Source of the DNA: Octopus vulgaris
Taxonomy: Eukaryota
Direction of reading: 5' to 3'
Assembly: GCA_951406725.2 (NCBI GenBank)
Contig: OX597825.1
Span: forward strand, 52,266,001 to 52,330,000
Length of the DNA stretch: 64,000 nt
Shown here in pieces: positions 12,633 to 24,958 of this stretch. Below the pieces are notes generated by a model. The model saw only the letters and a list, made by a program, of their open reading frames with translations, was not told the origin of the DNA and searched no databases. Position numbers and translations under genes: made by a program. Positions within the stretch are counted from its first letter, which is position 1. Each line of letters opens with the position of its first letter.

Positions 12633-14689
12633 TGAAATCTTGTATTAGAGAGAGAGAAAGAGAAGAGAAGGAGAGAAAGAAAGAAAGAAAGAGAGAGAGA
12701 TTAGGGTTTAAAAATTACATATACCAGTTGTTTGTGCATCTGTACCTTTATTCTTTTATACATGTCTGTATGCATTCATGTATGTGATGAATCCTTGCTT
12801 ATGGCCATCAAACTAATGCTGGATCACTGGCCATCATTAATATGGGTTGTCTTCATTGGTAATTACTCTATATGCTGTTTTTATACAAATGCTACATTAG
12901 AATCAGTCAATTTTTAACAATTGCATTCCATTACATCAACAAATATGCTGTCATGCATATGTACTCCAGCAAGTACAATGAAATATACACATGTACAATA
13001 AGGGTTAAAATTTACTACTGAGGTCAGAATAAGACAGAAACATGCCAGAAGCAGTCTGTCATATTTGCTAGAAAAATGAAAATATTAGTTAATGAATAAA
13101 ATCATTTTTGTCACCAAATATTATTTCTTGTCAGCATTATGACTTCTCTGTACATTAAACATATTAGCATTTACTTAACAATGTAAAAAACTCTGGTTGA
13201 TTCAGAATATCTGTTAGTGGCTGATACATCAAACACATATGAGCACACATGCACACATGTATACACACACACACATGCACATACATCTATGTAGATACAT
13301 AGGTATATATTGATATATACACACATATTTGCACGTACACCTATGTTCATAAGACATTAGTCAATCCTTTGGTAGAAGACACACACTCAAAGTGCTGCAC
13401 CAAGACTAAACCTAAAACCCCAACCTTTTTAAACATTCAGCCGTACCTGCATCTTCTCTTAGACTACACCAAGAGATTCACATTGTAACATTATCTGAAG
13501 ATGAAGTTAGTATGAAATCTTTATTTTACCCAAATTTAATGAAGTGTACTTTTAAGTGTACTCCACAATTTTGTGTTCTTGAGAAAAATAACAAAATGAA
13601 TATGCTTTCAACAAGTTGCCATTGATGTTGTATCCAGGTCTTGACACAAGAGTCAGATATTCTACTCTATATCTTCAGCAACCTAATTGTGCTCAAACAT
13701 TACAAGAGGCCAAAGACTGAAACCAATTCAGGTTACTTTCAGATAAATTTATTATCCAAGTTAAGAAATCTCATCCCCACATCTAAATTGAATATAAAAA
13801 GCACCGATGACTGCTGGCAGCTCTATAAAGAAAACAAGTGTTGATATTTGTTACTTGACTGTATTTAAATTTGAAAATGTTTTGTATAGCTGTCTGTGAT
13901 GAAATCACCTTAAGTCATATACAGCAGTGAAAGTGTTAAACATAGACAGAACAATATTGACTATGAATGAGAATAAGATGTATATAGTGTGTAGATATTG
14001 ATTAGACAGAATCAGTCTCTGTGTCAATTGATTGACTGCAATTTGTGGAAAGATTTCTGTATATAGCAAGTAGTTTGCTTATGTCAACTGTAGGTGTTCA
14101 CTACAGGCTTAGCAATCTCTCTCTGTCTCTCCCTCTCACTTTCTCTCACTCTGCCCCCCTCCCACTCACTTATAATTCTAGAAGCCTGTTAAACATACAT
14201 GTCATCATCATTATCATTATATATACTTTCCTGTGGTTGCACGGTTCAGATGAAATTTTCTCTCTAAACACGTGTGGTTGGGATATGAACCTTTTAGTCA
14301 CACATCTATGCCTGTTTGTTACATTTGTGTAGTTGACACACAAACATACTCTGAATGTGGGACTCAAATACTCTTTGTAGAGTTAAAAACATTTAATATG
14401 TATTGTAAAGTTACTTAGAAGCTTTGTTGTTAAAATTGGTGAAACTCTGAAGTAAGCAGTCATTATTAAGCATTGTGTGTGTGTGTGTGTGTGTGTGTGT
14501 TTTATGCAAACATGGAGTACTCACATACAGCACTCAGAGTTTCTCTGCAGGCAACAGATATTAAGTTATCTGATTTCCATTCATTAAACAAGGCACATGC
14601 TGCTCTTCATCAGCTTCACTCAACGCTTGATGAATGGTGCTCCAAGCATTGACTATTGATTGAAAATTATATCATCAATCATCCTTATC

Positions 14690-14870
14690 ACTTAACATCT
14701 GCTTTCCATGCTGGCATGGGTTAGATGGCTTCATTGAAACTGTTAAACCGCATCAAAGTCCAGTCTGATTTGGCATGGTTTCTGTGGTTGGTGGTTGGAT
14801 GCCCTTTCTAACACCAACCATTTCAAGAAATTAATGAGTGCTTTTTATGTGCCACTAGCATGGGTGGCAC
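14690..14870 (-). mobile_element. RTE 3'-end fragment
   Basis: ttaacatctgctttccatgctggcatgggttagatgg ... ggatgccctttctaacaccaacc matches the RTE 3' ends at 38170 and 55720. Confidence 0.75.
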
Positions 14871-15151
14871 ACATACATGCATACGCCTACATACATACAG
14901 CTTGCTAAGAAACTCTGAGTATGGAATGTGATGTTTGTATGTGTATAATAAATTTATTCCTCTTTTTCAATGATATTGAAGGCTATTTTTGTTGTTACAT
15001 AGTAATTATTTTGTACATATCTATGTGTGTGTGTATCATGGTATCAGGCAGACTATACTCTTCCAGTCACAATGCACTTCCTTGCATTGTTGTAAATCTT
15101 GAATTACGCCACCTCACTGACCAGGAAGCCTGGCTAAGATTGCCCACTGAA

Positions 15152-15385
15152 AGGTGGCAAGCTAGCAGAAACATTAGCACGCCAGGCAAAATGCTTAGCG
15201 GTATTTCGTCTGCCGCTACATTCTGAGTTCAAATTCGGTCAAGGTAGAGTTTGCTTTTCATCCTTTCGGGGTCGATAAATTTAGTGCCAGTTACGCACTG
15301 GTGTCGATCTAATTGACTTAATGCTTTTGTCTGTACTTGTTTGTCCCCTCTATGTTTAGCCCCTTGTGGGCAATAAAGAAATAAG
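15152..15385 (+). mobile_element. Nin/Deu-domain-like tRNA SINE (family B)
   Basis: gagttcaaattc B-box; tttcatcctttcggggtcgataaa core; aataaagaaataag tail. Confidence 0.75.
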
Positions 15386-15603
15386 ATTGCCCACTGAATG
15401 GGACACAAGTCTATCATCACAGTGTTACCCATACACTGGAGCAATGTGAAATGAAAGACTTTGCTGAAGAGTACAATGCCCAGCCAATTTGAGAGCCAAA
15501 ACCAAGTTTAGTGATCATGTATGCAACACTCTAACCACTAGATCACACAGGTTCATGCACTCTCACACACATACACACACACACAAATGCAGATGCAGAC
15601 ATA

Positions 15604-15646
<43 letters not shown>

Positions 15647-15744
15647 ATATATAACCCTTCTCTGTAATTTACATCTTCCATCTCCAAAACTCTATTCATT
15701 TTTTCAACATCATTATCCCCATTAATCACCTTATCCTTATCTTC

Positions 15745-15930
15745 TGTGTCTCTATTATTTACAAACCCATTGACTCGCATTCCTATCTTGATTTATTTTT
15801 CTTGCACCCCAAACACATCAAGTGCCCTATTTCCTGCTCCCAGTCCCTCCATTTGTAGCAGTAACTATGACTTTGAGATACAGGCCCAACATATGTTCCA
15901 CTTCATTCAAAATGGGTACTTTTCTCTTCC
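15745..15930 (+). pseudogene. Penelope-like element RT thumb fragment
   Basis: YKPIDSHSYLDL..HPKHIK, then after a frameshift ICSSNYDFEIQAQHMFHFIQNGY; matches the PLE pattern Y.KPTD...YL...S.HP / RICS...F......RGY. Confidence 0.75.
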
Positions 15931-16408
15931 TTATCCCTTCTGTTGTCTCCCATGACATTGAGTGCCCCTAATCCCTATCAATACACATCTAAAATCCCAG
16001 CACTGCTTACCCACAATAGACCTACACCATTTCCACAAACACACATATATCCCTACACACCTTCAGTCCCACATGCACACATACACCTCATCTCATCACT
16101 CTTCTTTCCCCCTGAACATCCCCCATATACACTAGCATGTTTACACATATACATAGTCTCATACAGCCTCTCACTAAGACATACATACCCACACATATCA
16201 ACTTACACTTACTTCCTCATACACTTACAAGCATCCACCCACCCACATAACCTTGCACACACATTTCATCATTTGCTCACACTTCTTCCTACATCCTCGC
16301 CTTTCTTGACATCTGTACTTAACATCTATTTTTCTCCCCAGTACTCAAACCTTGGTTAAATTATAATCTCTGCAGCCAGTTAACACACACCTATGTGCAC
16401 TGAAACCT

Positions 16409-16917
16409 GGCACCCCACCAGTTATGAGGACAAAGGTCTCAGTTGATTCAATCAACAGAGCACACCGCTGGTGAAATTAACGTGCAAGAGGCTGAGCACA
16501 CCACAGACAGGCATACCCTTAACATAGCTGTCAGGGAGATTCAGCATGACACAAAATGTGAGAAGTCTGACCCTTTGAATTACAGGTGCAACTTATTTTT
16601 GCCACCTGAGTGGACTGAAGCAACAAGAAAAATTCCCTACTCAAAGCCCCAACATGCTGCAAGGTAGGTAGTTATTAGAAATTTTATGCTTTTTTTCTAT
16701 TTTAAAGTTAAGGCAACTGAGTAATAAATCTATTTCTGATTTCTTTTTAACAATGGAAAAACTAAAGAATTGTGTTCAGCATTTTAAACCATTCCAAGGT
16801 GCTGCTAATATTCAAATAGATAATTATGCCACCTTTATCTCTTGGTGGACTTAGGATTGTGAGCATGTTACAATTGTGAGTTGAATAACCTCTAACCTCT
16901 AAGCCATGCACCTCCAC
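16409..16917 (-). mobile_element. CORE-like tRNA SINE (family C), interrupted by a 191-bp insertion
   Basis: Body at 16409-16660; the head resumes at 16855-16917 (ctctaacctctaagccatgcacc is the reverse complement of an A-box region). Confidence 0.7.
16664..16854 (+). repeat. 191-bp direct duplicate of 17885-18075
   Basis: Aligns end to end with about a dozen differences. Confidence 0.95.
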
Positions 16918-17846
16918 TACATGTACTAAAATACAAATATATGCACATTCTTTACTCTCCTTTTTATTTCATTTGCTCCACTTTCCATTTGGTTTTATCC
17001 TCCACCATGCAGCAGTGTTTCAGGATACTAGTCTACCTTCACTTCTCCAGCTTTTTCACCACTGTCTATATCACCTCTGGAATTAACTGTTTGATTTTAC
17101 CAATTTGCCATCTTATGACTATCATATCTAAAAAAAAAACTAATGTATTTTAAAAGAATTATATATATATATATATATATATATATTCCTCCATTGAGTG
17201 ACAGTAAATTGTTTCTCTCTTGATTTTCTAACCACTTTGAGTACCTTCTTTTATCAGCTTTCACTTTCTCTGAATATTGTACCTGCAACATAACTACACA
17301 CATTTTTACCAGTGTTATCATTTTGTATTTTATTGCTATTGCATGTTTATATACCTTTCTCATAAGTGTTGTTCTTAAACACCACATCGCTTTCACCTTC
17401 CCTTTCACCTCATGCTTACCACCTCTGAACATTTTCCTCTCACATACAGCATGGCTATACCTAGACACTATCCTTCTATACACTCACCATCCCATGCCAC
17501 AACACTCCCCTACTTGCATACCTCTACACACCCCAAAATACATATACACACACAACTTATGCCCTCCTATACCTGTACCCACAACACTGCTTGTCCTCCT
17601 TCCCTAAATCCCACTAAAGAATCACACTTACACCTGGCCTCTAACTCTGCTTTCTTCTCTCTTCTCCAACCATCTTCTCTTATTCATTTTCTTTCGTTTT
17701 TGCTTTTCTTTCTATATTTATTCTGATGAAGAACTATCATCCAGAGCATAAAAAATTATCTCCCTTGTTTTTATGTACGAAACTAAGACATTTGTTAAAA
17801 CTTGTCCCTTCTGCTTTGTCTTCTTTAGATGTTCATTGCCTTCATA

Positions 17847-17878
<32 letters not shown>

Positions 17879-19182
17879 AGGTAAGTAGGTAGTTATTAGA
17901 AATTTTATGGTTTTTTTCTATTATAAAGTTAAGGCAACTGAGTAATAAATCTATTTCTGATTTCTTTTTACCAATGGAAAAACTAAAGAATTCTGCTTAG
18001 CATTTTAAACCATTCCAAGGTGCTACTAATATTCAAATAGCTAATTATATCACCTTTATCTCTTGGTGGACTTAGCTGTTTGGAATGAAGTGCAATTTAA
18101 CATAGATAGTAATTTAAAATAATAGCGAGGACTGTTTTTAAAAATTGAGATTTTTGACAATATTGAGGTTTTAATGGCTACTTGTGGTACTTTGTTTAAA
18201 AAGCCACAGTCTGGAATATAGCACTAATGGTGTGGTATGACATGTAGATGGTAGGTGTTTCTAGTTAGACTTCTCCTTTGATGTTATTATTACATAATTC
18301 CTATCATTAGTACATTTCTTGCATTTATTTCATTTTTACTCCACAAGTGTAATGTGACTGAAAGAAAAAGAAATCTTTTAAGTTGGCACATTAAAATGGC
18401 AAATTCTCGAATCAAGCACATCTTAGAGAGTCACTATGTTTGAATAGTATATTAAAAACAACAGCAACACATAACAAACAAGAGAACTATATCGAGGATT
18501 TTTTTCTTCTGTGTTTTTTTAATCTATCATTAAACTAAAAGAAAAAAATAAAGTTAAGATCTATAAAGAAGTAAAAATATGTTGAGAATCCACCTCCTTT
18601 AGTGTGATCAGGCTAACTTCCAGTGACGAGCTAAAAGAAAAAATAACAAGTGAAATGTTTAAAAACTGCAATCAATGTGTCATTAAAAGCCAATGAAATG
18701 TGGTTGTTTTGGATGAAAAACAAGAAACAATCTAAAGTTAATGACAGCTGAATTACTTTGAAAACTTTCTCAAGCTGAAATAGTCAGTGAAGCCTGAAGG
18801 TAAAAGGCCAATTAACACCAAAAACTATCAAAGTATGAAAGTTGCCAATGACAAACAAGCATATAGAAAAGCAATATTAGGAGCCCTTAGAGGTAGACAA
18901 GAAGAAGAACCAGAGAAATAAAATGTAGGATCTGATAAAGAACAGAAATAATGAGACTGTTGATCCTTTTAACTGAGGAGGAAAATTGTTGAATAAATTA
19001 CTATAAATCTAAAATTTTTAATTGAGGAGACTAGAAACTTCATTGGAATAAGCAGGTGTGTGTGTGTATGTGCGTGTAAAATAGCATATAATACCATGTT
19101 ATGCTTCCTCTGAATAAAGATTGATAAAGGTATAATTGCTGGCAAAGCAAGAGAGTAATATTTGTCTATTTTTAAATTTCAT

Positions 19183-19262
19183 CAACATTATTATTATCAT
19201 TATTATCATTATCATTATTATCATCATCATCTTCATCATTATCATCATTGCCATTATTATTA

Positions 19263-19310
<48 letters not shown>
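19183..19310. repeat. (ATT/ATC)n microsatellite
   Basis: Directly visible. Confidence 0.95.
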
Positions 19311-19311
<1 letters not shown>

Positions 19312-19844
19312 GTTACATTGCCTTTCTAGCTGAACTTTAGTCCAATCATTTCATTAAAGATTTTAGAAAGGTGTGATTTATCATCGTAATCTTTGAAGAG
19401 CTCAGGGATGTCTTGCCCCCCACCCTCATTTTTTGCTCTTTCTTCTTTCAAAACATTCAACAAAATTAGAATTCAAGACAAAAAAAATTTAAAAATACCT
19501 CTCTCATTCCTCTTCGTTCACGTTGATGAGCAATAAAGTTTTATTTTCTAATTTTAATCAGGCAGTTAATGATTTAAAAATTTTTCATGTAAGCCCAAGT
19601 CCATGACTTTTTAATAAAGTATTCAGTACAGTCTCTCTCTTTAGTATTCTTTTATACACCAACTTCACAACCACATTATTTGTCATGGTTTTGGTTTGAT
19701 GTTTCTAATGTAAATTTCTTTCTTTTTCATTTCTTTTTGCCTTTTTCTTTTGCTCCTATTTGTTATTATAGGTTAAACTGATCGATACATTTGATAACTT
19801 ACCTGTAATTTATTAATTGATCAGGGTGACCAGCTTGCTTTTAT

Positions 19845-20030
19845 CTTTTACTTGTTTCAGTCATTCAACTGTACCCATGCTGGGGAATGGCATTGAACAA
19901 ATAGTCTCCTGTACTTATTTCATTTTAAAGCCTGGTATTTATTCTATCAGTCTCTTTTGATGAACCACTGAGTTATGAGGTGGTAAATACACGAACACTG
20001 GTTGTCAATCAATGGTGGGTGATGAACATA
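19845..20030 (-). mobile_element. SINE family A, 3' half
   Basis: ttttacttgtttcagtcatt tail through ggttgtcaatc. Confidence 0.75.
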
Positions 20031-20048
20031 CACACACACGTGCACTCA

Positions 20049-20097
<49 letters not shown>

Positions 20098-20104
20098 ATT
20101 TTTT

Positions 20105-20497
20105 CTTCCTACTTGTTTCAGTCATTTTGACCTCGGCCATGCTGGAGCACCACCTTTAATCGAGCAACTCGACCCCGGGACTTATTCTTTGTAAGCCCAG
20201 TACTTATTCTATCGATCTCTTTTGCCAAACCGCTAAGTGACAGGGACGTAAACACACCAGCATCGGTTGTCAAGCAATGCTAGGGGGACAGACACAGACA
20301 CACAAACATACACACACATACATATATATACATATATACGACGGGCTTCTTTCAGTTTCCGTCTACCAAGTCCACTCACAAGGCTTTGGTCGGCCCAAGG
20401 CTATAGTAGAAGACACTTGCCCAATGTGCCACGCAGTGGGACTGAACCCGGAACCATGTGGTTGGTAAGCAAGCTACTTACCACACAGCCACTCCTG

Positions 20498-20500
<3 letters not shown>
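20105..20500 (-). mobile_element. SINE family A, well-preserved full-length copy
   Basis: Complete tail, central (CA/TA)n, head with intact B-box (reverse complement ggttcagtccc) and A-box (tggctgtgtggtaag). Confidence 0.92.
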
Positions 20501-20528
<28 letters not shown>

Positions 20529-20537
20529 AAATAAAAA

Positions 20538-20695
20538 GCCTCTTTCAGTTTCCATATACCAAGTCCATTTAGAAATTTACAAGATTTTGGTAAGCTTGAG
20601 TCTAAAATAACAGATACTTGCCAAAGTGCCACACACTGGGAATGAATCAAAACAATGTGGTTGAGAAGCAAATTTCTACCACACAGCCACACTTG
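20538..20695 (-). mobile_element. SINE family A head, older copy
   Basis: Degenerate match to 20345-20500. Confidence 0.7.
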
Positions 20696-21555
20696 TGTGG
20701 TAGAAGTTTATGAACTAGAATTTGAATTTTTTCATACTCATATTCAACGGTGACGACATAATAGACTTTCAAAGCCTGTAGTGTAAATTACCCACAATTT
20801 AGTTGCATCCATCATTAAAAGTTATAGTAGGATTCGCATACTATTTAGCAGTTTAAGCTATCTCCTTAGAATAACCATTCTTTGTTGTAATTGAAGAAGT
20901 GCATGAAAAGTACATTGAAAATTTAAATGCTTTCCATTTTTTTATTGAAATTTCCTCATCATCATCATTAACATCACCATCATCATGATTATTATCATCA
21001 CTCAAGCTGGCATGGATTGGATGGTTTTACAGAACTAACAGGCCTGAGCACAGCACCATGCTCCAATGTCTGCTTTGGCATTGTTTAGACATTTGGTAAT
21101 ATTAACATAAATAAATATCTGTATAAACCCAATGCTAACGCATGTAAACATCAACTTGGTCATGGAATGAAAGAGTAATATCAACTGAACAGCCGTAAAA
21201 CATAATTAGATATAAAAATATTTCAGCATTTTATAGATTTCAGTTTTAATTTTTTTTTTTTAGCTTCATAATAGAGAAGAAAGAAAATAATGCTAATTAA
21301 TTCTAGATAAGAAAGTGGGTGGTTGATTACAGAAGGCACAAACACAAGCAAGGAAATTTCCAGTACAACATCAGCCACAGTGGCAGCAATGGACTATGAG
21401 CTCCCATAGCTTGCCAGCAGGCAGAGGTGGTCATGGGAATGCTTTAGAAGATGCAATGATATAATTTTAGATGTATAATGAGTTGCTGTTGTTTTAAGAA
21501 AGTATTCAAACATAATAGAACTCTGAGATATGCTTGATTCAGGAATGTGCCATTT

Positions 21556-21760
21556 TAACCCTTTTTGTTACTATATTTCTGTGAAAACACACTGCTTTTG
21601 TTTTAGTTAATTTTGAAAATAATGAAAAATTTAATAAAATAACTTTAGAATTATTAAGATGATGTTTGAAACATAAATTAATATGGAAAATTTAAATTTA
21701 GATGATTTTAAATCAGGAAGTTTATATCACAGAAACAGTATTAGTTTCATTGGATTAGTA
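21556..21760. mobile_element. Probable piggyBac-like MITE
   Basis: Begins ttaaCCCTTT; inverted homologue at ~31240-31420. Confidence 0.55.
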
Positions 21761-22675
21761 TGTGGCAACTTAAAACATTATTTTTCTAAGTCACTTTATT
21801 CTGGTGGCATAAAGAGAAAATATATGCAAGAACTAAACCAATGATAGGAATTATGAATGAATAACATAAAAGCAGAGGTTTGACTAGAAACACCTATAGT
21901 CTACATGCCATATCATGCCATTTGTACTGTATTTTTTGAGGTAAAACAACTGAACATTAGCAGCATAACATAGTTACCCTCAGTGATGTGCAAATCTTCA
22001 ATTTCAAAATGCAAACCTTGCTTTCGTCATTTCTCATCTTGGATAAACTATGAAGAAGGAACATCGAATTTATTTGTTTCAGACTCACAGTTCATGCAAT
22101 AGCACATTATATCTAATTATATTCTACAGAGCATTTACTACACACTCATAATATGCTCACATATACTACCCTACACACATTTGTGACACAAACAAGCTTA
22201 CATACATTCTTAAGCCTTCTGGTGTGTATCATCCTCAACTCTTACTCTCTCCATCTGCAAGCCCTCATTCTACCTACAATAATACCTACATCAATCATTT
22301 GCCAAAATCAAAACAATTATTCACATGCAAGTCTTCAACATTTTTGTCCCTCTTCTTGATCATATAATGTTGTCAGAAACTGTGAATTCTCCTCTCTTCC
22401 TACCTTCAACCTAATTATTATATACCTGTCTGCAAGTTGTTTGTTGTGTTATTTATGGTTTGCCTTCATTTATTCGTAAATCTACTTAGATTTTAAAATA
22501 AATGAGGTTTTGTAATGTAACATCCTCCCCCAGCAGGACCTACGAATACAGTGGCTCTCAGAGCAGCAGTATCAACTGAAAATATCCTGTGCATACCAAA
22601 CATTACCTCTCAGTTCAGTGGTATAAAGCTTGTATACCAGATAGTTCATCATAGTACAATGGTGTTAATCTAATA

Positions 22676-23076
22676 CTCTTTTACTTGTTTCAGTCATTTG
22701 ACTGTGGCCATGCTGGAGCACCACCTTTAGTTGAGCAAATCGACCCCAGGACTTATTCTTTGTAAGCCTAGTACTTACTCTATCAGTCTCTTTTGCCAAA
22801 CCACTAAGTTAAGGCGACGTAAACACACCAGCATTGGTTGTCAATGATGTTGGAGGGGGGGGGGCAAACACAGACATACAAACACACACACACACATATA
22901 TATACATATATACAGTGGGCTTCTTTCAGTTTCCATCTACCAAATCCACTCACAAGGCTTTGGTCGGCCCGCGGCTATAGTTGAAGACACTTGCCCAAGG
23001 TGCCACACAGTGGGACTGAACCTGGAACCATGTGGTTGGTAAGCAAGCTACTCACCACGCAGCCACTCCTACGCCT
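22676..23076 (-). mobile_element. SINE family A, full-length
   Basis: Aligns with 20105-20500 and 24540-24958. Confidence 0.92.
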
Positions 23077-23350
23077 ATTTTTCCATACTTATGTGGGTAG
23101 GATACAGTTTAATGAAGCAGATTTTTCTACAGCTTGATGCCCTTCCTGTCATTACCCTGCATTTGTATCTGAACCAGCAAATGTTTTCCCATACCCAGAC
23201 ATATTTTCTTCAAATATATGAAATGAATGCCACTGTTTGTATGACTCATTTAGAACTATCAGATGACATCAGGATAATGAGACAAAAGCATACACATGCA
23301 CACAAACATAAACACACATGCACACAAACATAAACACACATGCACATATA

Positions 23351-23770
23351 GGCATAGGAGTGACTGTGTGGTAAGTAGCTTATTTACCAACCACATGGTT
23401 CCAGGTTCAGTCCTACTGCGTGGCACCTTGGGCAAGTGTCTTCTACTATAGCCTCGGGTCGACCAAAGCCTTGTGAGGGGATTTGGTAGAAGGAAACTGA
23501 AAGAAGCCTGTTGTATATATGTATATATATGTATATATATATGTGTGTATATGTTTGTGCATCTGTGGTTGTCCCCCCAACATCGCTTGACAACTGATGC
23601 TGGTGTGTTTACGTCGCCTTAACTTAGTGGTTTGGCAAAAGGGACTGATAGAGTAAGTACTAGGCTTACAAAGAATAAGTCCTGTGGTCGATTTGCTCGA
23701 CTAAAGGTTGGTGCTCCCACATGGCCACAGGCAAATGACCGAAACAAGTAAAAGAGTAAAAGAGTAAGAG
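23351..23770 (+). mobile_element. SINE family A, full-length
   Basis: ggcataggagtgactgtgtggtaag head to (aaagagt)n tail. Confidence 0.92.
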
Positions 23771-23784
23771 TATATATATATATG

Positions 23785-23950
23785 AGGAACTTTTATCAGT
23801 TTTCATCTTACAATTCCACTCATAAGACTTTGGCTGCCTTAGGACTGCAATGGAAGTTCTTTGCCCAAGGTACTGTGCAATGGGACAGGAACCCAAGTTA
23901 TATAGTTGGGAAGTAAACTTCTCAACCATATAGCCACTCCTACACCTAGC
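23785..23950 (-). mobile_element. SINE family A head, older copy
   Basis: Degenerate ttgcccaagg...gggacaggaacc...gttgggaagtaaacttctcaacca. Confidence 0.65.
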
Positions 23951-24539
23951 AGTGCATATGCCAAACACATGCATATGCCAAAAACTGATTCTCTGTACAG
24001 TGAGATGTAGTGTATATATCAACAATACATTACAGTACAATGGTGTCTAGTGTGCATAACAAAAAGATAATTTCAATTCAAAAGGAATACTATTCAAGGA
24101 ATCTCTGAAACAGTAATGTGTTGTGAAATTATTGTGTCTGTACTTGTATTTTTGTTGGTTCATTCTATAATATACTCACTATATCATGTAATAAATATTT
24201 TATTAAAAGCAATTAAGTTTCTGTGCCCTGGATCTGCCAAATGGGCTGCTTCATTAATTCATTAGCATTCTTATGCCTATGTATTCTGTATTCTGTATTC
24301 ATTAAAATTGGTACATTTTGCACCGTCACTGTAAGAGACTTATCTCAGAATTGGTGAAGCAACTGTGTACCCGAGTAGCATTCTGTTTAACTCACTTTTA
24401 ATGATTTTCTTAGCTGCCCTTTTGATTTTAATCTATATTTGATCTGTGATTGTTTGTTAATTGTCATCAACATTAATCATAAATTAACTGGTCTATTGAT
24501 GATCTAGGGATTTTAGGACTGTAATTAAGAATTATACTA

Positions 24540-24958
24540 TTTTACTCTTTTATTTGTTTCAGTCATTTGACTGTGGTCATGCTGGAGCACCACCTTTAGT
24601 TGAGCAAATCGACCCCAGGACTTATTCTTTGTAAGCCTAGTACTTATTCTATCGGTCTCTTTTGCTGAAACACAAAGTTATGGGGACATGAACACACTAG
24701 CATCAGTTGTCAAGCGATGTTGGGGGGAAAAACACAGACACACAAACATAGACACACACACATACACACACATATATATATATATACATATATACAATGA
24801 GCTTCTTTCAGTTTCCATCTACCAAATCCACTCACAAGGCTTTGGTTGACCTGAGGCTATAGTAGAAGACACTTGCCAAAGGTGCCATGCAGTGGGACTG
24901 AACCCGGAACCATGTGGTTGGTAAGCAAGCTACTTACCACACAGCCACTCCTATGCCT
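24540..24958 (-). mobile_element. SINE family A, full-length
   Basis: Aligns with the other full-length copies. Confidence 0.92.

Noticed and set aside
20440-20500. tRNA-like sequences with A and B boxes
   Set aside because: They are SINE heads continuing into SINE bodies; I could not build a convincing cloverleaf
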